A stretch of DNA of 64,000 nucleotides from Patescibacteria group bacterium (GTDB lineage: Bacteria; Patescibacteriota; Minisyncoccia; JACQLN01): contig JBBTRR010000004.1 of NCBI GenBank assembly GCA_038065095.1, positions 15,998 through 79,997 on the forward strand, read 5' to 3'. Of this stretch, positions 28,640 through 39,185 are shown piece by piece. Below the pieces are notes generated by a model, which saw only the letters and a program-made list of their open reading frames with translations, did not search any database and had not been told where the DNA came from. The translations under genes were made by a program, and so were the position numbers. Position 1 is the stretch's first letter. Each line of letters begins with the position of its first letter.

Positions 28640-31156
28640 ATGGAATCAAAAAAAGAAGCCTCCTCGCAAAATGCGGGCGAGCCTCGCCAAGGGCGGGGAA
28701 CAAACGTAGAACAAAATATTCAAGCACGTGAAATAACTCACGAAATGCAAGACGCTTATTTGGATTACGCTATGAGCGTTATAGTTTCGCGTGCTTTGCC
28801 AGATGTTCGAGATGGCTTAAAACCGGTGCATCGCAGAATTCTTTATTCAATGCACGAAAATGGTTTGCGTCACAGCGCTAAGTATAGAAAATGCGCTACG
28901 GTGGTTGGAGACGTTATTGGTAAATATCACCCGCATGGGGATGCGGCCATTTACGATGCCTTGGCACGTATGGCGCAAGATTTTTCTTTGCGTTACCCAC
29001 TAGTAGATGGGCAGGGAAATTTTGGTTCTATAGATGGTGATGCGCCTGCGGCTTATCGTTACACGGAATGTCGTATGGAGACTGTAGCCGAAGAAATGCT
29101 TACAGATATAGACAAAGAAACTGTAGATTGGAGGGAAACTTATGATGGTAGTAGGGAAGAACCTTCTGTTTTACCAGCTAGGGTTCCAAATATTTTACTT
29201 AACGGTTCTGTTGGTATTGCTGTTGGTATGGCTACCAATATTCCACCACATAATTTGGTGGAAGTTGTAGACGCTTTATTACATTTAACCGATAATCCAA
29301 AATCCACCAGCGAGGATTTAATGCAATTTGTAAAAGGCCCCGATTTTCCTACCGGCGGCGCAATTTATGGCAAGAAAGATATTATTCAGGCTTATGCTAC
29401 GGGTCGCGGGCCTATGGTTGTTCGCGGTATTGCCGATGTTATAGAAGGCAAAGGTTCAAAAGGTTTTCAAATAATCATTAGAGAAATACCATACCAAGTT
29501 AACAAAGCCACAATGTTGGAACATTTGGCCGATTTGGTAAAAGAAAAGAAAATTGAAGGTATAAAAGATATTCGCGATGAATCCGACAAAGATGGCATTA
29601 GAATAATGATAGAATTGCGAGGCGATGCTTACCCTCAAAAAGTTTTAAATAAACTTTATAAATTAACTGATCTTCAAAAAACTTTTCACTTAAATATGCT
29701 GGCTTTGGTTGATGGAATTCAGCCACAAGTTTTGTCTTTAAAATCGGTTTTAGAACATTATTTGGCGCATAGAAAAGTTATTGTTGAACGCCGAACCAGA
29801 TACGATCTTAAAAAAGCCGAGGAAAGAAAGCATATTTTAGAAGGCTTATCCAAAGCACTCGACCATATTGATGAAGTTATAAATACCATTAGAAAATCGG
29901 AAACCCGCGAAGATGCTCACGCTAATTTAATTAAAAAGTTTAAGCTTTCCGAAGTTCAATCAACGGCCATTTTAGAAATGCGTTTGCAAACTTTGGCAGG
30001 GCTTGAAAGAAAGAAAATAGAAGATGAGCTCGCCGAGAAAATAAAATTGATTACGTATTTAAATAGTATTTTGGATGACGCCAAAAAACTATTGGGAGTT
30101 ATTAAGGCAGAATTTAAAGAAGTTAGAGAAAAATATCCAAGCGAACGCCGCACTAAAATTTTTGTAAACCCAATTGGCGAATTTAGCGAGGAAGATTTAA
30201 TTCCCGACGAAGAAGTTATTATAACTATAAGTCGTGATGGTTTTATTAAGCGTTTGCCACCTGGCACTTATCGCACGCAAAAGCGTGGTGGTTCGGGTAA
30301 AATTGGAGCGGCTGTGGCCGAAGAAGACTTTATTCAACATTTGGTTGTGGCCAATACCCACAATAGTGTTTTGTTATTTACCTCTACGGGAAAGGTTTTT
30401 CTTTCTAAAGTTCACGAAATTCCGGTAGCCACCAGAACTTCTAAGGGTAGGGCCTTGGTTAATTTCTTGGAAATAAATCAAGAAGAATTAATTACCGCAA
30501 TTGTTCCTGTTAAATTTGATATTAAAAAATCTAAAACACAAGAAAATATTGGTAAGTTTTTAGTAATGATAACTCGTAGTGGTATAATTAAGAAAACAGA
30601 AGTTTCCGATTTTGCCAATGTAAGACGTTCTGGTTTAATCGCCATTAAACTTCATAAAGGTGACGAGCTTAATTGGGTTAAACTAACTTCGGGTAAGGAT
30701 GAAATAATTTTGGTAACGCAAAAAGGTCAAGCTATAAGATTTTCCGAAAATGATGTTCGTGATATGGGCCGAAATGCCAGTGGAGTTAACGCTATGAGGT
30801 TAAAAAGTGGAGATTTAATAGCTGGAGCCGATATAATAAGTTCGCTTAAAAAAGATGGAGAAATGCTAGTAGTGCTTTCCAAGGGTTATGCCAAAAGAAC
30901 ACCAATTAAATTCTATAAGAGACAAAAACGAGCGGGTTCAGGCATAAAAACTGCTAAAGTTACCGCAAAAACGGGCGAAATAGTTTCTGCTAAAATACTT
31001 GATCCAGAAGAAGAAGATTTAATAGTTATTTCTAAAAAAGGGCAGTTAATCCGAACCCCTATAAAGCATATTTCTGTATTAGGACGCGCCACGCAAGGCG
31101 TAAGGGTGATGAAGTTAAAAGATGGCGATCAGATAGGCTCTACAACAACGTTATAA
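28640..31156 (+). CDS. gyrA: DNA gyrase subunit A
   Basis: 838 aa; [30 protein letters not shown] and the catalytic Tyr region; C-terminal beta-pinwheel repeats. Confidence 0.95.
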   Translation: MESKKEASSQNAGEPRQGRGTNVEQNIQAREITHEMQDAYLDYAMSVIVSRALPDVRDGLKPVHRRILYSMHENGLRHSAKYRKCATVVGDVIGKYHPHGDAAIYDALARMAQDFSLRYPLVDGQGNFGSIDGDAPAAYRYTECRMETVAEEMLTDIDKETVDWRETYDGSREEPSVLPARVPNILLNGSVGIAVGMATNIPPHNLVEVVDALLHLTDNPKSTSEDLMQFVKGPDFPTGGAIYGKKDIIQAYATGRGPMVVRGIADVIEGKGSKGFQIIIREIPYQVNKATMLEHLADLVKEKKIEGIKDIRDESDKDGIRIMIELRGDAYPQKVLNKLYKLTDLQKTFHLNMLALVDGIQPQVLSLKSVLEHYLAHRKVIVERRTRYDLKKAEERKHILEGLSKALDHIDEVINTIRKSETREDAHANLIKKFKLSEVQSTAILEMRLQTLAGLERKKIEDELAEKIKLITYLNSILDDAKKLLGVIKAEFKEVREKYPSERRTKIFVNPIGEFSEEDLIPDEEVIITISRDGFIKRLPPGTYRTQKRGGSGKIGAAVAEEDFIQHLVVANTHNSVLLFTSTGKVFLSKVHEIPVATRTSKGRALVNFLEINQEELITAIVPVKFDIKKSKTQENIGKFLVMITRSGIIKKTEVSDFANVRRSGLIAIKLHKGDELNWVKLTSGKDEIILVTQKGQAIRFSENDVRDMGRNASGVNAMRLKSGDLIAGADIISSLKKDGEMLVVLSKGYAKRTPIKFYKRQKRAGSGIKTAKVTAKTGEIVSAKILDPEEEDLIVISKKGQLIRTPIKHISVLGRATQGVRVMKLKDGDQIGSTTTL

Positions 31157-31222
31157 TAGCTTTTAGGTGGATTAGCTTCATTAGCTTTCAGCAAAACTAA
31201 TTAAGCTAAAAGCTAAAAGCTA

Positions 31223-31777
31223 ATGAAGCTAAAAATGATTCCCCAAGGAGGATTTTTAAATCCAGACTCTATAATTTCTAGTTTAAATATTAAATCAGGC
31301 TATAAAGTTGCCGATTTTGGTTCTGGTTCTGGTTTTTTTGCTTTGCTTATTGCGGCGATTGTTGGTTCGGACGGTTCGGTTACGGCTATAGATGTTTTGC
31401 AAGGTAAACTGGATACTTTAAAGTCTGCGGCGCAAGCTCGGGGGCTTTTTAACATAAGCTATGTCAGAGGCGATTTAGAAGTTTTTGGTAGTTCTAAACT
31501 TAACGATTTAAGCCAAGATATGGCTCTTTTAACAAATATTTTGTTCCAATCACAAAAAAAGTTGGATATTCTTAAAGAAGCACACAGAGTTTTAAAAGTA
31601 GGCGGAGAGTTAGTTATAGTAGATTGGGATCCAACCTCTATGTTTGGTTCTAAAGAAACTGGTTGGAAGTTTTCTAAAGAGGAGTGCCAGCAGATAGCTT
31701 CTGGAATTGGTTTTAATTTTGATAGAGAAATTACTGCAACTAATGATCATTGGGGATTAGTGTTTAAGAAAACATAA
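31223..31777 (+). CDS. Class I SAM-dependent methyltransferase
   Basis: VADFGSGSGFFALLIA glycine-rich SAM-binding motif I. Confidence 0.65.
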   Translation: MKLKMIPQGGFLNPDSIISSLNIKSGYKVADFGSGSGFFALLIAAIVGSDGSVTAIDVLQGKLDTLKSAAQARGLFNISYVRGDLEVFGSSKLNDLSQDMALLTNILFQSQKKLDILKEAHRVLKVGGELVIVDWDPTSMFGSKETGWKFSKEECQQIASGIGFNFDREITATNDHWGLVFKKT

Positions 31778-31784
31778 TTATCAA

Positions 31785-31872
31785 TTCTCAATTTTGCAAT
31801 TATCAATGAATTTTCAATGATTCAATTATAAAATCCGTTTGAAAATTGAACATTGTAAATTGAAAATTTTAA
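31785..31872. repeat. Palindromic intergenic element, copy 2 (compact form)
   Basis: Arms identical to 6563-6583 and 6688-6717, with only a about 23-bp centre. A third partial arm lies at 33317-33347. Confidence 0.55.
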
Positions 31873-31873
31873 A

Positions 31874-33154
31874 GTGCGTTACAAACTAATCATTTTCATA
31901 ACTGTAGGGGTTCTGGTGCTTTTAGCGGTTTCGGCTTTTTTGTTTGGTAAAAAACCAGGTTCTGGCGATAAAGTTGCTTTGGAATTTTGGGGTACGGATC
32001 CGGCTAGTTACTGGACAGGCATAATTTCTGCTTATCAAACCGCTAATCCAAACGTTACAATTAAATATGTTCAAAAAAATGTTTCTTCTTATGAAAAAGA
32101 TTTTGTAAATTCTTTAGCTTCAGCTTCTGGTCCAGACATTATCACTATAAATAATACTTGGTTAAATAAACACATAAATAAATTATCGCCAATGCCGGGT
32201 TCGTTAATGACTCCGCAGATGTTCCGTGATGCTTTTGCCGATGTTGCTATAAATGATTTGGTTGTAGCTAATAAAATTTATGCCATACCTTTTTATATAG
32301 ATACTATCGGTCTTTACTATAATAAAGCGCTTTTTAATAATGCCGGCATAGTTAATCCACCAAAAACTTGGGACGAATTTAATAGTGATGTAAAACAGTT
32401 AACTCAAAAAGATAGTTCAGGCGATTTTGTAAGATCTGGCGTAGCCTTAGGCACAGTTTCTAATGTTAATTATGCGAGCGATATACTTACGCTTTTAATG
32501 CTTCAAACAGGCGCGCCAATGTTAAGTAGCGATGGTAAAAAAGCCACTTTTGACGCCACTATTAAATCTTTTAACCCAGGTGAATCCGCTTTAAACTTTT
32601 ACACCAGTTTTGCTATAAGTTCCAAACCAGTTTACACGTGGAATGCTAGAATGCCCCAAGCTTTAGAGGCTTTTAAAACAGGAAAGACTGCTATGTATTT
32701 GGGTTATGCTCAAGATTTAAAAGAAATAGCCACAACTGTTAACAATCTTGGTGTGGCGCCTGCGCCTCAAATTAAAGATTCACAAAAAGATGCTTCATAT
32801 TTAGATATTAATTTTGCTTCTTACCAAGCTGGTGCGGTAACTGGAGCCAGTACCAAGAAAGATGCAGCTTGGAACTTTTTGTTTTTTGTTTCAACCAAAA
32901 ACGCAGAGGGTAGTTATATTAATGTTTCGCATTTACCGCCAGCGAGGAAAGATCTGATTTCGTATACTGCTTCGGATCCAGCCTTAAATATTTTTGCTAA
33001 ACAAATTTTAACCGCTTCCAGTTGGGCTCAACCGGACGATGTGGAAGTTAGTATAATTTTTAATAGGATGATAAATTCTGTGGCGTTAAGCCAAACACCT
33101 GCCAAAGAAGCTTTGAAAGAAGCAGTTGCCGAGGTAAATAACCTGCTAAGATAA
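31874..33154 (+). CDS. Extracellular solute-binding protein (ABC transporter family 1-like), orphan
   Basis: 426 aa with N-terminal TM anchor; overall resemblance to sugar-binding SBPs. No adjacent permease or ATPase genes. Confidence 0.5.
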   Translation: MRYKLIIFITVGVLVLLAVSAFLFGKKPGSGDKVALEFWGTDPASYWTGIISAYQTANPNVTIKYVQKNVSSYEKDFVNSLASASGPDIITINNTWLNKHINKLSPMPGSLMTPQMFRDAFADVAINDLVVANKIYAIPFYIDTIGLYYNKALFNNAGIVNPPKTWDEFNSDVKQLTQKDSSGDFVRSGVALGTVSNVNYASDILTLLMLQTGAPMLSSDGKKATFDATIKSFNPGESALNFYTSFAISSKPVYTWNARMPQALEAFKTGKTAMYLGYAQDLKEIATTVNNLGVAPAPQIKDSQKDASYLDINFASYQAGAVTGASTKKDAAWNFLFFVSTKNAEGSYINVSHLPPARKDLISYTASDPALNIFAKQILTASSWAQPDDVEVSIIFNRMINSVALSQTPAKEALKEAVAEVNNLLR

Positions 33155-33180
33155 TTTTCAATGGCCGATTTACTAAAATA

Positions 33181-33300
33181 AAAAATTAAAATGTAAAGTG
33201 CAAAATGACAAATCAAAATTTAAAGTTGAATTCAAGAGACAAAAAGTTATTTTTATTTTTTATATGTCATTTTAATATTTGATTTTTAATGTTTAATATT
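33181..33300. repeat. AT-rich palindromic intergenic repeat, copy 2
   Basis: Matches 4501-4612. Confidence 0.5.
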
Positions 33301-33306
33301 ACTTAG

Positions 33307-34437
33307 ATGAAAATTGTAAATTGTAAATTGAAAATTATTAAAGCAATTGGATTATTAGCAATTGTTTTGTTGTTGGTCACTGTAATTTCTCCTCCTGCTT
33401 ATGCCGCCAATTGCGGTGCTTCAGTTGACAACCCAGCGACCCCAGAAAATGATACACAACCATGCGTAGGAGGTTTGGTTCCCTGCACGGGTATAAACTG
33501 TTCTCTGTGTGATCTTTTTGCTTTAGCCCAAAATATTTTTAACTTTGTGGTATGGACGCTGGTGCCTATAATTGGCACGGGTATGATTTTATGGAGCGGT
33601 TTTACCATTTTAACCGCAGGCGAAAAGCCAGATCAAGTTAAAAAAGGTAGGAAAATGATAACCGCTACACTAATTGGCATAGCCATAGTTTATTCTTCTT
33701 ACATCATGGCTTCGTTTGTGGTTAAGTTTTTGGCTGGTAATGGCACAGCCAGTTCTAGCTTTAAAAATGGCCAATTTGATATTCAATGTACTAGCGAAGC
33801 AATCCGTGATGTTACAGGTAAATATCTTAAAAACGGTAGTTATACATTTGATATAAAAGATGAAATTTTATTAGCCGAAGAAGAACCAGCTCCAGAAGTT
33901 GTATCTGGACAAGAGGAAGCTTTTGATTTGGGCAAAACAGAAGGTGTTATTTTGAATATTAAAACAAAACCAGGCGTGAATTTAGACGGTGTGGATTCAC
34001 AGGTTATTAATCAATTATCAGCAGCAGTGATAGATGTTAGAACAAACGCAGCAGGCAATCCAAACTTTATCTTACAAGATTTAAAGGTTGCATCCGGTTT
34101 TAGAGATTTAGGAGAACAATTGGATCTTGTTGCTCAAAATTGTAAAGATCCAGATGCGGTTAAATGTGATCCAAAGTCTTCAAAGTATCCTATTACGTGT
34201 ATTCCTAAAGATACGGATCAAAATGGAAGCGTGGATGGCAAAAATTGCCGCCATACCACCGGTAAGGCTTTAGATGTTTGGGGTTATAATAAAAGCGGTG
34301 CTAAGTGTTGCCAAAATGAAGTTATACAAGTTATGAAAAGAAATGGTTTTTGTGTTTACAAAGAAATTTGGCATTTTGAACTTAAATCAAATTTAGAAAA
34401 AGATAAAAACAGGTTAAATGTTTTTACTTGTAACTAA
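33307..34437 (+). CDS. Fusion protein: TrbC/VirB2-like two-TM module fused to C-terminal M15-family peptidoglycan peptidase
   Basis: N-terminal 150 aa parallel the two downstream small paralogs (signal, Cys motif, two TMs with charged loop GEKPDQVKKGRKM). The C-terminal domain has the M15 motifs ASGFRD (SxxR), RHTTGKALDVWGY (HxxGxAxD) and EIWHFE (ExWH). Confidence 0.6.
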   Translation: MKIVNCKLKIIKAIGLLAIVLLLVTVISPPAYAANCGASVDNPATPENDTQPCVGGLVPCTGINCSLCDLFALAQNIFNFVVWTLVPIIGTGMILWSGFTILTAGEKPDQVKKGRKMITATLIGIAIVYSSYIMASFVVKFLAGNGTASSSFKNGQFDIQCTSEAIRDVTGKYLKNGSYTFDIKDEILLAEEEPAPEVVSGQEEAFDLGKTEGVILNIKTKPGVNLDGVDSQVINQLSAAVIDVRTNAAGNPNFILQDLKVASGFRDLGEQLDLVAQNCKDPDAVKCDPKSSKYPITCIPKDTDQNGSVDGKNCRHTTGKALDVWGYNKSGAKCCQNEVIQVMKRNGFCVYKEIWHFELKSNLEKDKNRLNVFTCN

Positions 34438-34786
34438 TTATAAAAAAATGAAAAAAATTGTTTATTTTCTATCTTTATTAATTTTACCCTTAATAACATT
34501 AGCTCAAACTCCACCGTCCTGTGATGGTGTTATATGTAATCCCCTAGGAGATGATGCCACTATAACGGTTTTGATTGATAGAATTATAAACTTTCTTCTC
34601 TACTTAGCCGCGCCTATAGCTGTTTTAATGACGGTTTATGCTGGGTTTTTGTTTATTACTAGAGGTGATAAGCCAGAAGAGATTAAAAAAGCGAGCAAAA
34701 TGCTTCTTTATATTGTTATTGGTGTTATTGTGCTTATACTTTCAAAATCTGTTGTAGGTTTTGTAAATAGTTTTTTGACTCCTTAA
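34418..34786 (+). CDS. TrbC/VirB2-like small two-TM protein (paralog 2)
   Basis: 122 aa: signal peptide, SCDGVICNP, TM1 IINFLLYLAAPIAVLMTVYAGFLFI, loop TRGDKPEEIKKASKM, TM2. Confidence 0.5.
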   Translation: MFLLVTNYKKMKKIVYFLSLLILPLITLAQTPPSCDGVICNPLGDDATITVLIDRIINFLLYLAAPIAVLMTVYAGFLFITRGDKPEEIKKASKMLLYIVIGVIVLILSKSVVGFVNSFLTP

Positions 34787-34886
34787 ATATATCCACAGCT
34801 TGTTTGTTTTGTATTATTACTATGTGATAGAATGATGTTATAAAGTCGTTTTTGTTTTAATTTAAAAACTCTCTAAAATTTAAAAA

Positions 34887-35261
34887 ATGTTTAAAAGTAT
34901 AAATTTGAATAAGTTGATCTCGGTAGGTTTGCTCTCGTTTTTTTTATTCGCTCTTAGTTTTATGGCTGTTAATGCTGCTGAAGTAACAGGAGATCTACAA
35001 CCGGAAATAGTAGGTGTAGAAAGCTTTACTAAAGAACGCCTAACAAGTACGGTGACGATTGTAGTTAACTACATTATTGGCATAGTTGCTATAGTAGCCG
35101 TGGTTATGATTGTCTGGGCAGGTTATTTGTACATTACGGCTGGTATGGACGAAAAGAACGTTGAAAAAGCCAAAAAGATGCTTTTATACGGTATTATCGG
35201 TATTGTCGTAGTTATACTTTCTTACTCAATAGTTAGTTTTGCAACAAGTTTCTTAGGATAA
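34887..35261 (+). CDS. TrbC/VirB2-like small two-TM protein (paralog 3)
   Basis: 124 aa with the same topology; loop TAGMDEKNVEKAKKM; conserved KML(L)Y after the loop. Confidence 0.5.
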   Translation: MFKSINLNKLISVGLLSFFLFALSFMAVNAAEVTGDLQPEIVGVESFTKERLTSTVTIVVNYIIGIVAIVAVVMIVWAGYLYITAGMDEKNVEKAKKMLLYGIIGIVVVILSYSIVSFATSFLG

Positions 35262-35406
35262 TGTTATTAGGTATTATTTTTTTCTAAATAAGATATTTAA
35301 AAAACACTCCGATTTTTGTCGGAGTGTTTTAGTTTATCCCGTTAGAAGCTCTGTTGCCTTCTTTAAAGGTGTGGATTTGAGTTTTTAAAAATGTTACAAT
35401 TTAGAT

Positions 35407-35718
35407 ATGGAAGAGACAACCCTGTCGTCAAAAACTGAGCGATTGCCAGAGTTTTTTAGGCCACTTTTTTGGTCGTATAATTTTGATTATATTGATCCCG
35501 ATAAAGACATAAAAACAATAGTTTTGAATGTGATAAATTATGGGTATTGGAAACACTGGCATTGGTTGGTTTATCATTACGGCATAGATGTCATTAGAAA
35601 TATTTTGACCCATTTTTTGTCAACGGAACTTAGGCCGCCAGCGGAAAAACTAGCGAGGGTTGTATTCAATTTAAAATCTCTTAACAATGCATCTCGAAGC
35701 ACTAACCAAGACAGGTAG
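35407..35718 (+). CDS. Hypothetical small protein overlapping the AbiEii gene (possible cognate antitoxin)
   Basis: 103 aa; overlaps the downstream NTase toxin gene by 32 nt in a different frame (typical TA coupling). No recognisable domain. Confidence 0.3.
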   Translation: MEETTLSSKTERLPEFFRPLFWSYNFDYIDPDKDIKTIVLNVINYGYWKHWHWLVYHYGIDVIRNILTHFLSTELRPPAEKLARVVFNLKSLNNASRSTNQDR

Positions 35719-36307
35719 GGAAATTTTTCCAATTCTCAAGAATTTTTCGGAATTCTATTTAGCTGGCGGCACGGCTTTGGCTTTGCAATTAGGTCATCGC
35801 GTTTCGGCTGATTTTGATTTATTTAGCGGGATTGATATTCCGGCAGAATTACTGCCACTGGTTCAAAAGACTTTTGATAAAAAGACTTTTCAAATCAGCG
35901 TCAATAACAGAGAGGAACTGACAGTATTTATAAATGGCGTTAAGATTACTTTTTTGAATTATCCATTTCCAGTTTTAGAAGATACAACTGAATATGAAGG
36001 TTTAAAAATGTTAGGCGTTTCCGAAATAGCCACAACCAAAGCTTATACTATCGGGCGCCGAGGCTCGTTTAAAGATTATGTTGATTTATATTTTGCAGTT
36101 AAGGAAAAAATTATTGGTTTGGACGGAATTATTAAACAGGCTGATAAAAAATATGGGGGATATTTTAACGGTCGTCTGTTTTTAGAACAGTTGGTTTATT
36201 TAAATGATATTGAGGATACAGAGATTATTTTTCTAAAAGAAACAGTGGATAAAAATAATCTAGAGGAGTTTTTTGTGGCAGAAATTAAAAAGATCAAATT
36301 TGATTGA
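35687..36307 (+). CDS. AbiEii/AbiGii-family nucleotidyltransferase toxin (DUF1814)
   Basis: FYLAGGTALALQLGHRVSADFDLF and KDYVDLYF motifs are characteristic of AbiEii. Confidence 0.65.
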   Translation: MHLEALTKTGREIFPILKNFSEFYLAGGTALALQLGHRVSADFDLFSGIDIPAELLPLVQKTFDKKTFQISVNNREELTVFINGVKITFLNYPFPVLEDTTEYEGLKMLGVSEIATTKAYTIGRRGSFKDYVDLYFAVKEKIIGLDGIIKQADKKYGGYFNGRLFLEQLVYLNDIEDTEIIFLKETVDKNNLEEFFVAEIKKIKFD

Positions 36308-36447
36308 GTTTCTGAAAAAATAATATCCTCCCATTTCGGGAGGATATTTTGTTTCTTGTTCTGCTAGAAGTAAGTTGTTCCTAGATGGCTAAAGTGTGTT
36401 TTCGGCAGGACGGACTTCTAACGGGATACAGGAGGCATAAATTTATC

Positions 36448-37299
36448 TCATTCGTTGTTTACAGGAGTAAATACTACCAAGCCGAGTTGGCTACGAACAC
36501 GGAATTTTTTTAAAGATGGGTAGTTAAAATCTTGACTCGAATATGCCGTTATATATTCATTTGAACCTTCTCGCTTAAAATGCGCCCAACCTTTAAAAAC
36601 TACATTATAATTCCCATATAAAGTAATTAATTCGGAAAAATCTTTATCATTACCGTAAACAAATATTGTTTCTTCTCTGCTATATTTTTTATCTTGGTAA
36701 GTGGAATATGTGTGATTGAAGCTGTTTAAGACAAAACCAACAGGGTTAGGATCAAAAAGAGAAAGAGAAGTGTAAGTCATTGTCCCCATAACTATCAGAG
36801 TATAAAGCTTCGGCGGAATCCAACTGCCCCATAAAAATATACCTATAACTAGAGCCATACCGCATATTAACAATTTAGGCACAGCTCCTGGGTTATTTTC
36901 TATGGGCATTTCTATTGTGTAGAGAAAAACCAGTATAGATACAAATAAAGCTGTTAGCATTCCTCTTACATAGCTACTGCCGGCAATGGCGGGATTGATG
37001 GTTTCGCCTTTTAGCATACCAATTACTATGCCAAGTGGTGAGCCTAAAAATGCTAAAGCTACACCTAAAATAAAGCATAAACCTACGCCAATGTAGGCAA
37101 ACCACGGCCAGCCGGTTAGGGCTTTGAGTATAATTGAAGCGAATATAATCAAGAACCAAATAGCTACACCTTTGGCCAGTGCCTTAAGATATGCCGGCGC
37201 CGAAGATTTTACTTTTTGATAAGTTTTTTCGGCGCCGTATATGGCGATATCAAACATCAGTTCAACTGTTTTGCCTAAAGATTCACCAGTTGTGGCCAT
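36448..37299 (-). CDS. Polytopic membrane protein, hypothetical
   Basis: 283 aa with about 6 TM helices and a C-terminal soluble about 100-aa domain; 14-nt overlap with the upstream gene. Confidence 0.5.
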   Translation of the reverse strand: MATTGESLGKTVELMFDIAIYGAEKTYQKVKSSAPAYLKALAKGVAIWFLIIFASIILKALTGWPWFAYIGVGLCFILGVALAFLGSPLGIVIGMLKGETINPAIAGSSYVRGMLTALFVSILVFLYTIEMPIENNPGAVPKLLICGMALVIGIFLWGSWIPPKLYTLIVMGTMTYTSLSLFDPNPVGFVLNSFNHTYSTYQDKKYSREETIFVYGNDKDFSELITLYGNYNVVFKGWAHFKREGSNEYITAYSSQDFNYPSLKKFRVRSQLGLVVFTPVNNE

Positions 37300-37311
37300 A
37301 TTAAGCCTCCT

Positions 37312-37806
37312 TTATGGTGAGCTTGTTGAACCAGCAGGTTTTAGTTTGTCTCGGATTTCTTGCAGTTTCTTATTAAAACTTTCCAGCACAGGAGATGCTG
37401 ATTCTACTTTAGGATAAGCCAATTCCATAATTTGGTTAAACAGAGTTATTTCTCCTTTTATTTTCTCAAATTCTTTTTGCGGGTCTTCGGCGCTTCTTAG
37501 ACGTTCTAGTATTTGGGCTAAAAAATTCTGAAGCAGATCTTGTTTAGTAGTGTTACTTTTTGTTTGTGCTAAAACCGTAGAAAGAAAACCCGAAAAATCG
37601 CCTAGTTTTTTTACAACCACCGAAGATGTGTTAGAAAATTTTTCGGCGTGGGTTTCTACTATTCCTCGTAACACGCCCGAAATATATTCGGCTAAGTTGG
37701 AACGTAATAAACTTCCTTCGGGAATTTTTTCTGCTAATTCTTGTATCCGCTTTATTGAAGCAGGATCAAACAGCCCAGCCATTCCAGCTATCCACCTTTT
37801 GTCCAT
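37312..37806 (-). CDS. Helical soluble hypothetical protein
   Basis: 164 aa, no TM, charged and helical; co-transcribed with 36448..37299. Confidence 0.45.
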   Translation of the reverse strand: MDKRWIAGMAGLFDPASIKRIQELAEKIPEGSLLRSNLAEYISGVLRGIVETHAEKFSNTSSVVVKKLGDFSGFLSTVLAQTKSNTTKQDLLQNFLAQILERLRSAEDPQKEFEKIKGEITLFNQIMELAYPKVESASPVLESFNKKLQEIRDKLKPAGSTSSP

Positions 37807-37933
37807 TTATAATGCCTCCTAATTTTTAAGGAACATAAAGAACTATTTGATTAGATTATAGAATGATTTTACTTTAGAAGCGAGAAGGTAATATTTCCAG
37901 AAGGACATTCCTTCTGGAAAGAAGCCAAAAAAA

Positions 37934-37958
37934 CTCCCCCGACGCAAGGTCGGGGGAG
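37934..37958. terminator. GC hairpin terminator (cccccgacgc family, copy 4)
   Basis: aaaaaaa-ctcccccgacgcaaggtcgggggag directly downstream of 37983..39185. Confidence 0.6.
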
Positions 37959-37982
37959 GGTTAGGGTACAAATTAAAGAGCT

Positions 37983-39185
37983 TCATTGTTCGGAGATTGT
38001 TATGGTTCCAGTGCCGGCTACACCGCGCACTATGAACCACCTTACTTCGCCAGCTCGGCGAAATTCCATAGAATGTGGGTAGCTCACTTGAGCTCCCCAC
38101 GATTCTATGTAGGTGATCAAGCCAGAACTGGTAGTGCCGTCGTTACGGTTAATGATTCTATCGCCCGTAGAAAGCATAACTTCATACTTTCCTGGCATAT
38201 CCCATTTAACGTTGTAATCTGGACTCCATGGGATTTTTTTGGACCAGTGAACTGGGTCCAAATTTACCGTGATTTTTTGAGCGAGGCCTTCCACCTTAGG
38301 CTCCGGCTTGTTGTAGTGTCCACGTCGTTCCGGCGAAGGATTTAAACTCTCCTTTCTTTTTTGGACTTCGTGAACACTAGCCACCAATTGTTGATGGGCA
38401 TCTACATCGGCTTGGAACCCGCCGTGATAGTAGTAGCTTGCAAACTGGTTTAGCGCTAGAAGCAAGCCGATCACGATAATAAGCACGATCGCGATCACTC
38501 TTAATTTTTTTACCGCGGCGGCAATAATTATCAGGATGATAACCGCAATAGCTATCGTCCAAAATAATTTTTCACCGCTAAGGCCGCTAAGGTTGTTCAT
38601 ATCGGGCACGTTTGGCAGTTTATCACCAATCACACCGGCCAAACTAAAACCGCCGGTATCGGAGATAAACTCTTTGTTCTTCTCGCGCCAAGATATGTTT
38701 TTTTGAATCTTATTTCTGATAACATCTTGGCGTTTTTGATATGCCGAGAAATCGCCTGTCCGAATGTATTCGGATTCAGAGTTTTTAAGCTCTTGGCTGA
38801 CTTCTTCACCAAGTTTATCTTCTATACGATCGGAGCTTTCTTTCAGGGCGGCTATTTGGGCCAGTCCAGAAGGATGTAGATATTCTCCGAGGCGCATATC
38901 TTCGCGTAAACTTCTTTTTCCAAGTTCTGGACGAACGTAAGGGCTTCCGCTTAAAAAACTATCAAGCGCTGTCGGCCCAAAACGTATGGCTAGCCAAACG
39001 ATAAAAAAGAAACTCACCCATTTGTTTACTGGCGCGGGAATCTTCTGGATAAGAACAAAGAGAAAAATTATTCCCGCGATCGCAAGACACATCCAGAAAG
39101 TCATAAGCCCCACTTGCCAAAAGACAAATGAGATCGCTATAACTATCCAGAAGATTGTCCAGTTCCATGTAATGTTCATAGCCAC
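37983..39185 (-). CDS. Membrane protein with GC-rich C-terminal beta domain, hypothetical
   Basis: 400 aa with 3-4 TMs. The C-terminal about 150 aa are encoded by 55-60% GC DNA in an otherwise about 30-35% GC genome. Confidence 0.5.
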   Translation of the reverse strand: MAMNITWNWTIFWIVIAISFVFWQVGLMTFWMCLAIAGIIFLFVLIQKIPAPVNKWVSFFFIVWLAIRFGPTALDSFLSGSPYVRPELGKRSLREDMRLGEYLHPSGLAQIAALKESSDRIEDKLGEEVSQELKNSESEYIRTGDFSAYQKRQDVIRNKIQKNISWREKNKEFISDTGGFSLAGVIGDKLPNVPDMNNLSGLSGEKLFWTIAIAVIILIIIAAAVKKLRVIAIVLIIVIGLLLALNQFASYYYHGGFQADVDAHQQLVASVHEVQKRKESLNPSPERRGHYNKPEPKVEGLAQKITVNLDPVHWSKKIPWSPDYNVKWDMPGKYEVMLSTGDRIINRNDGTTSSGLITYIESWGAQVSYPHSMEFRRAGEVRWFIVRGVAGTGTITISEQ

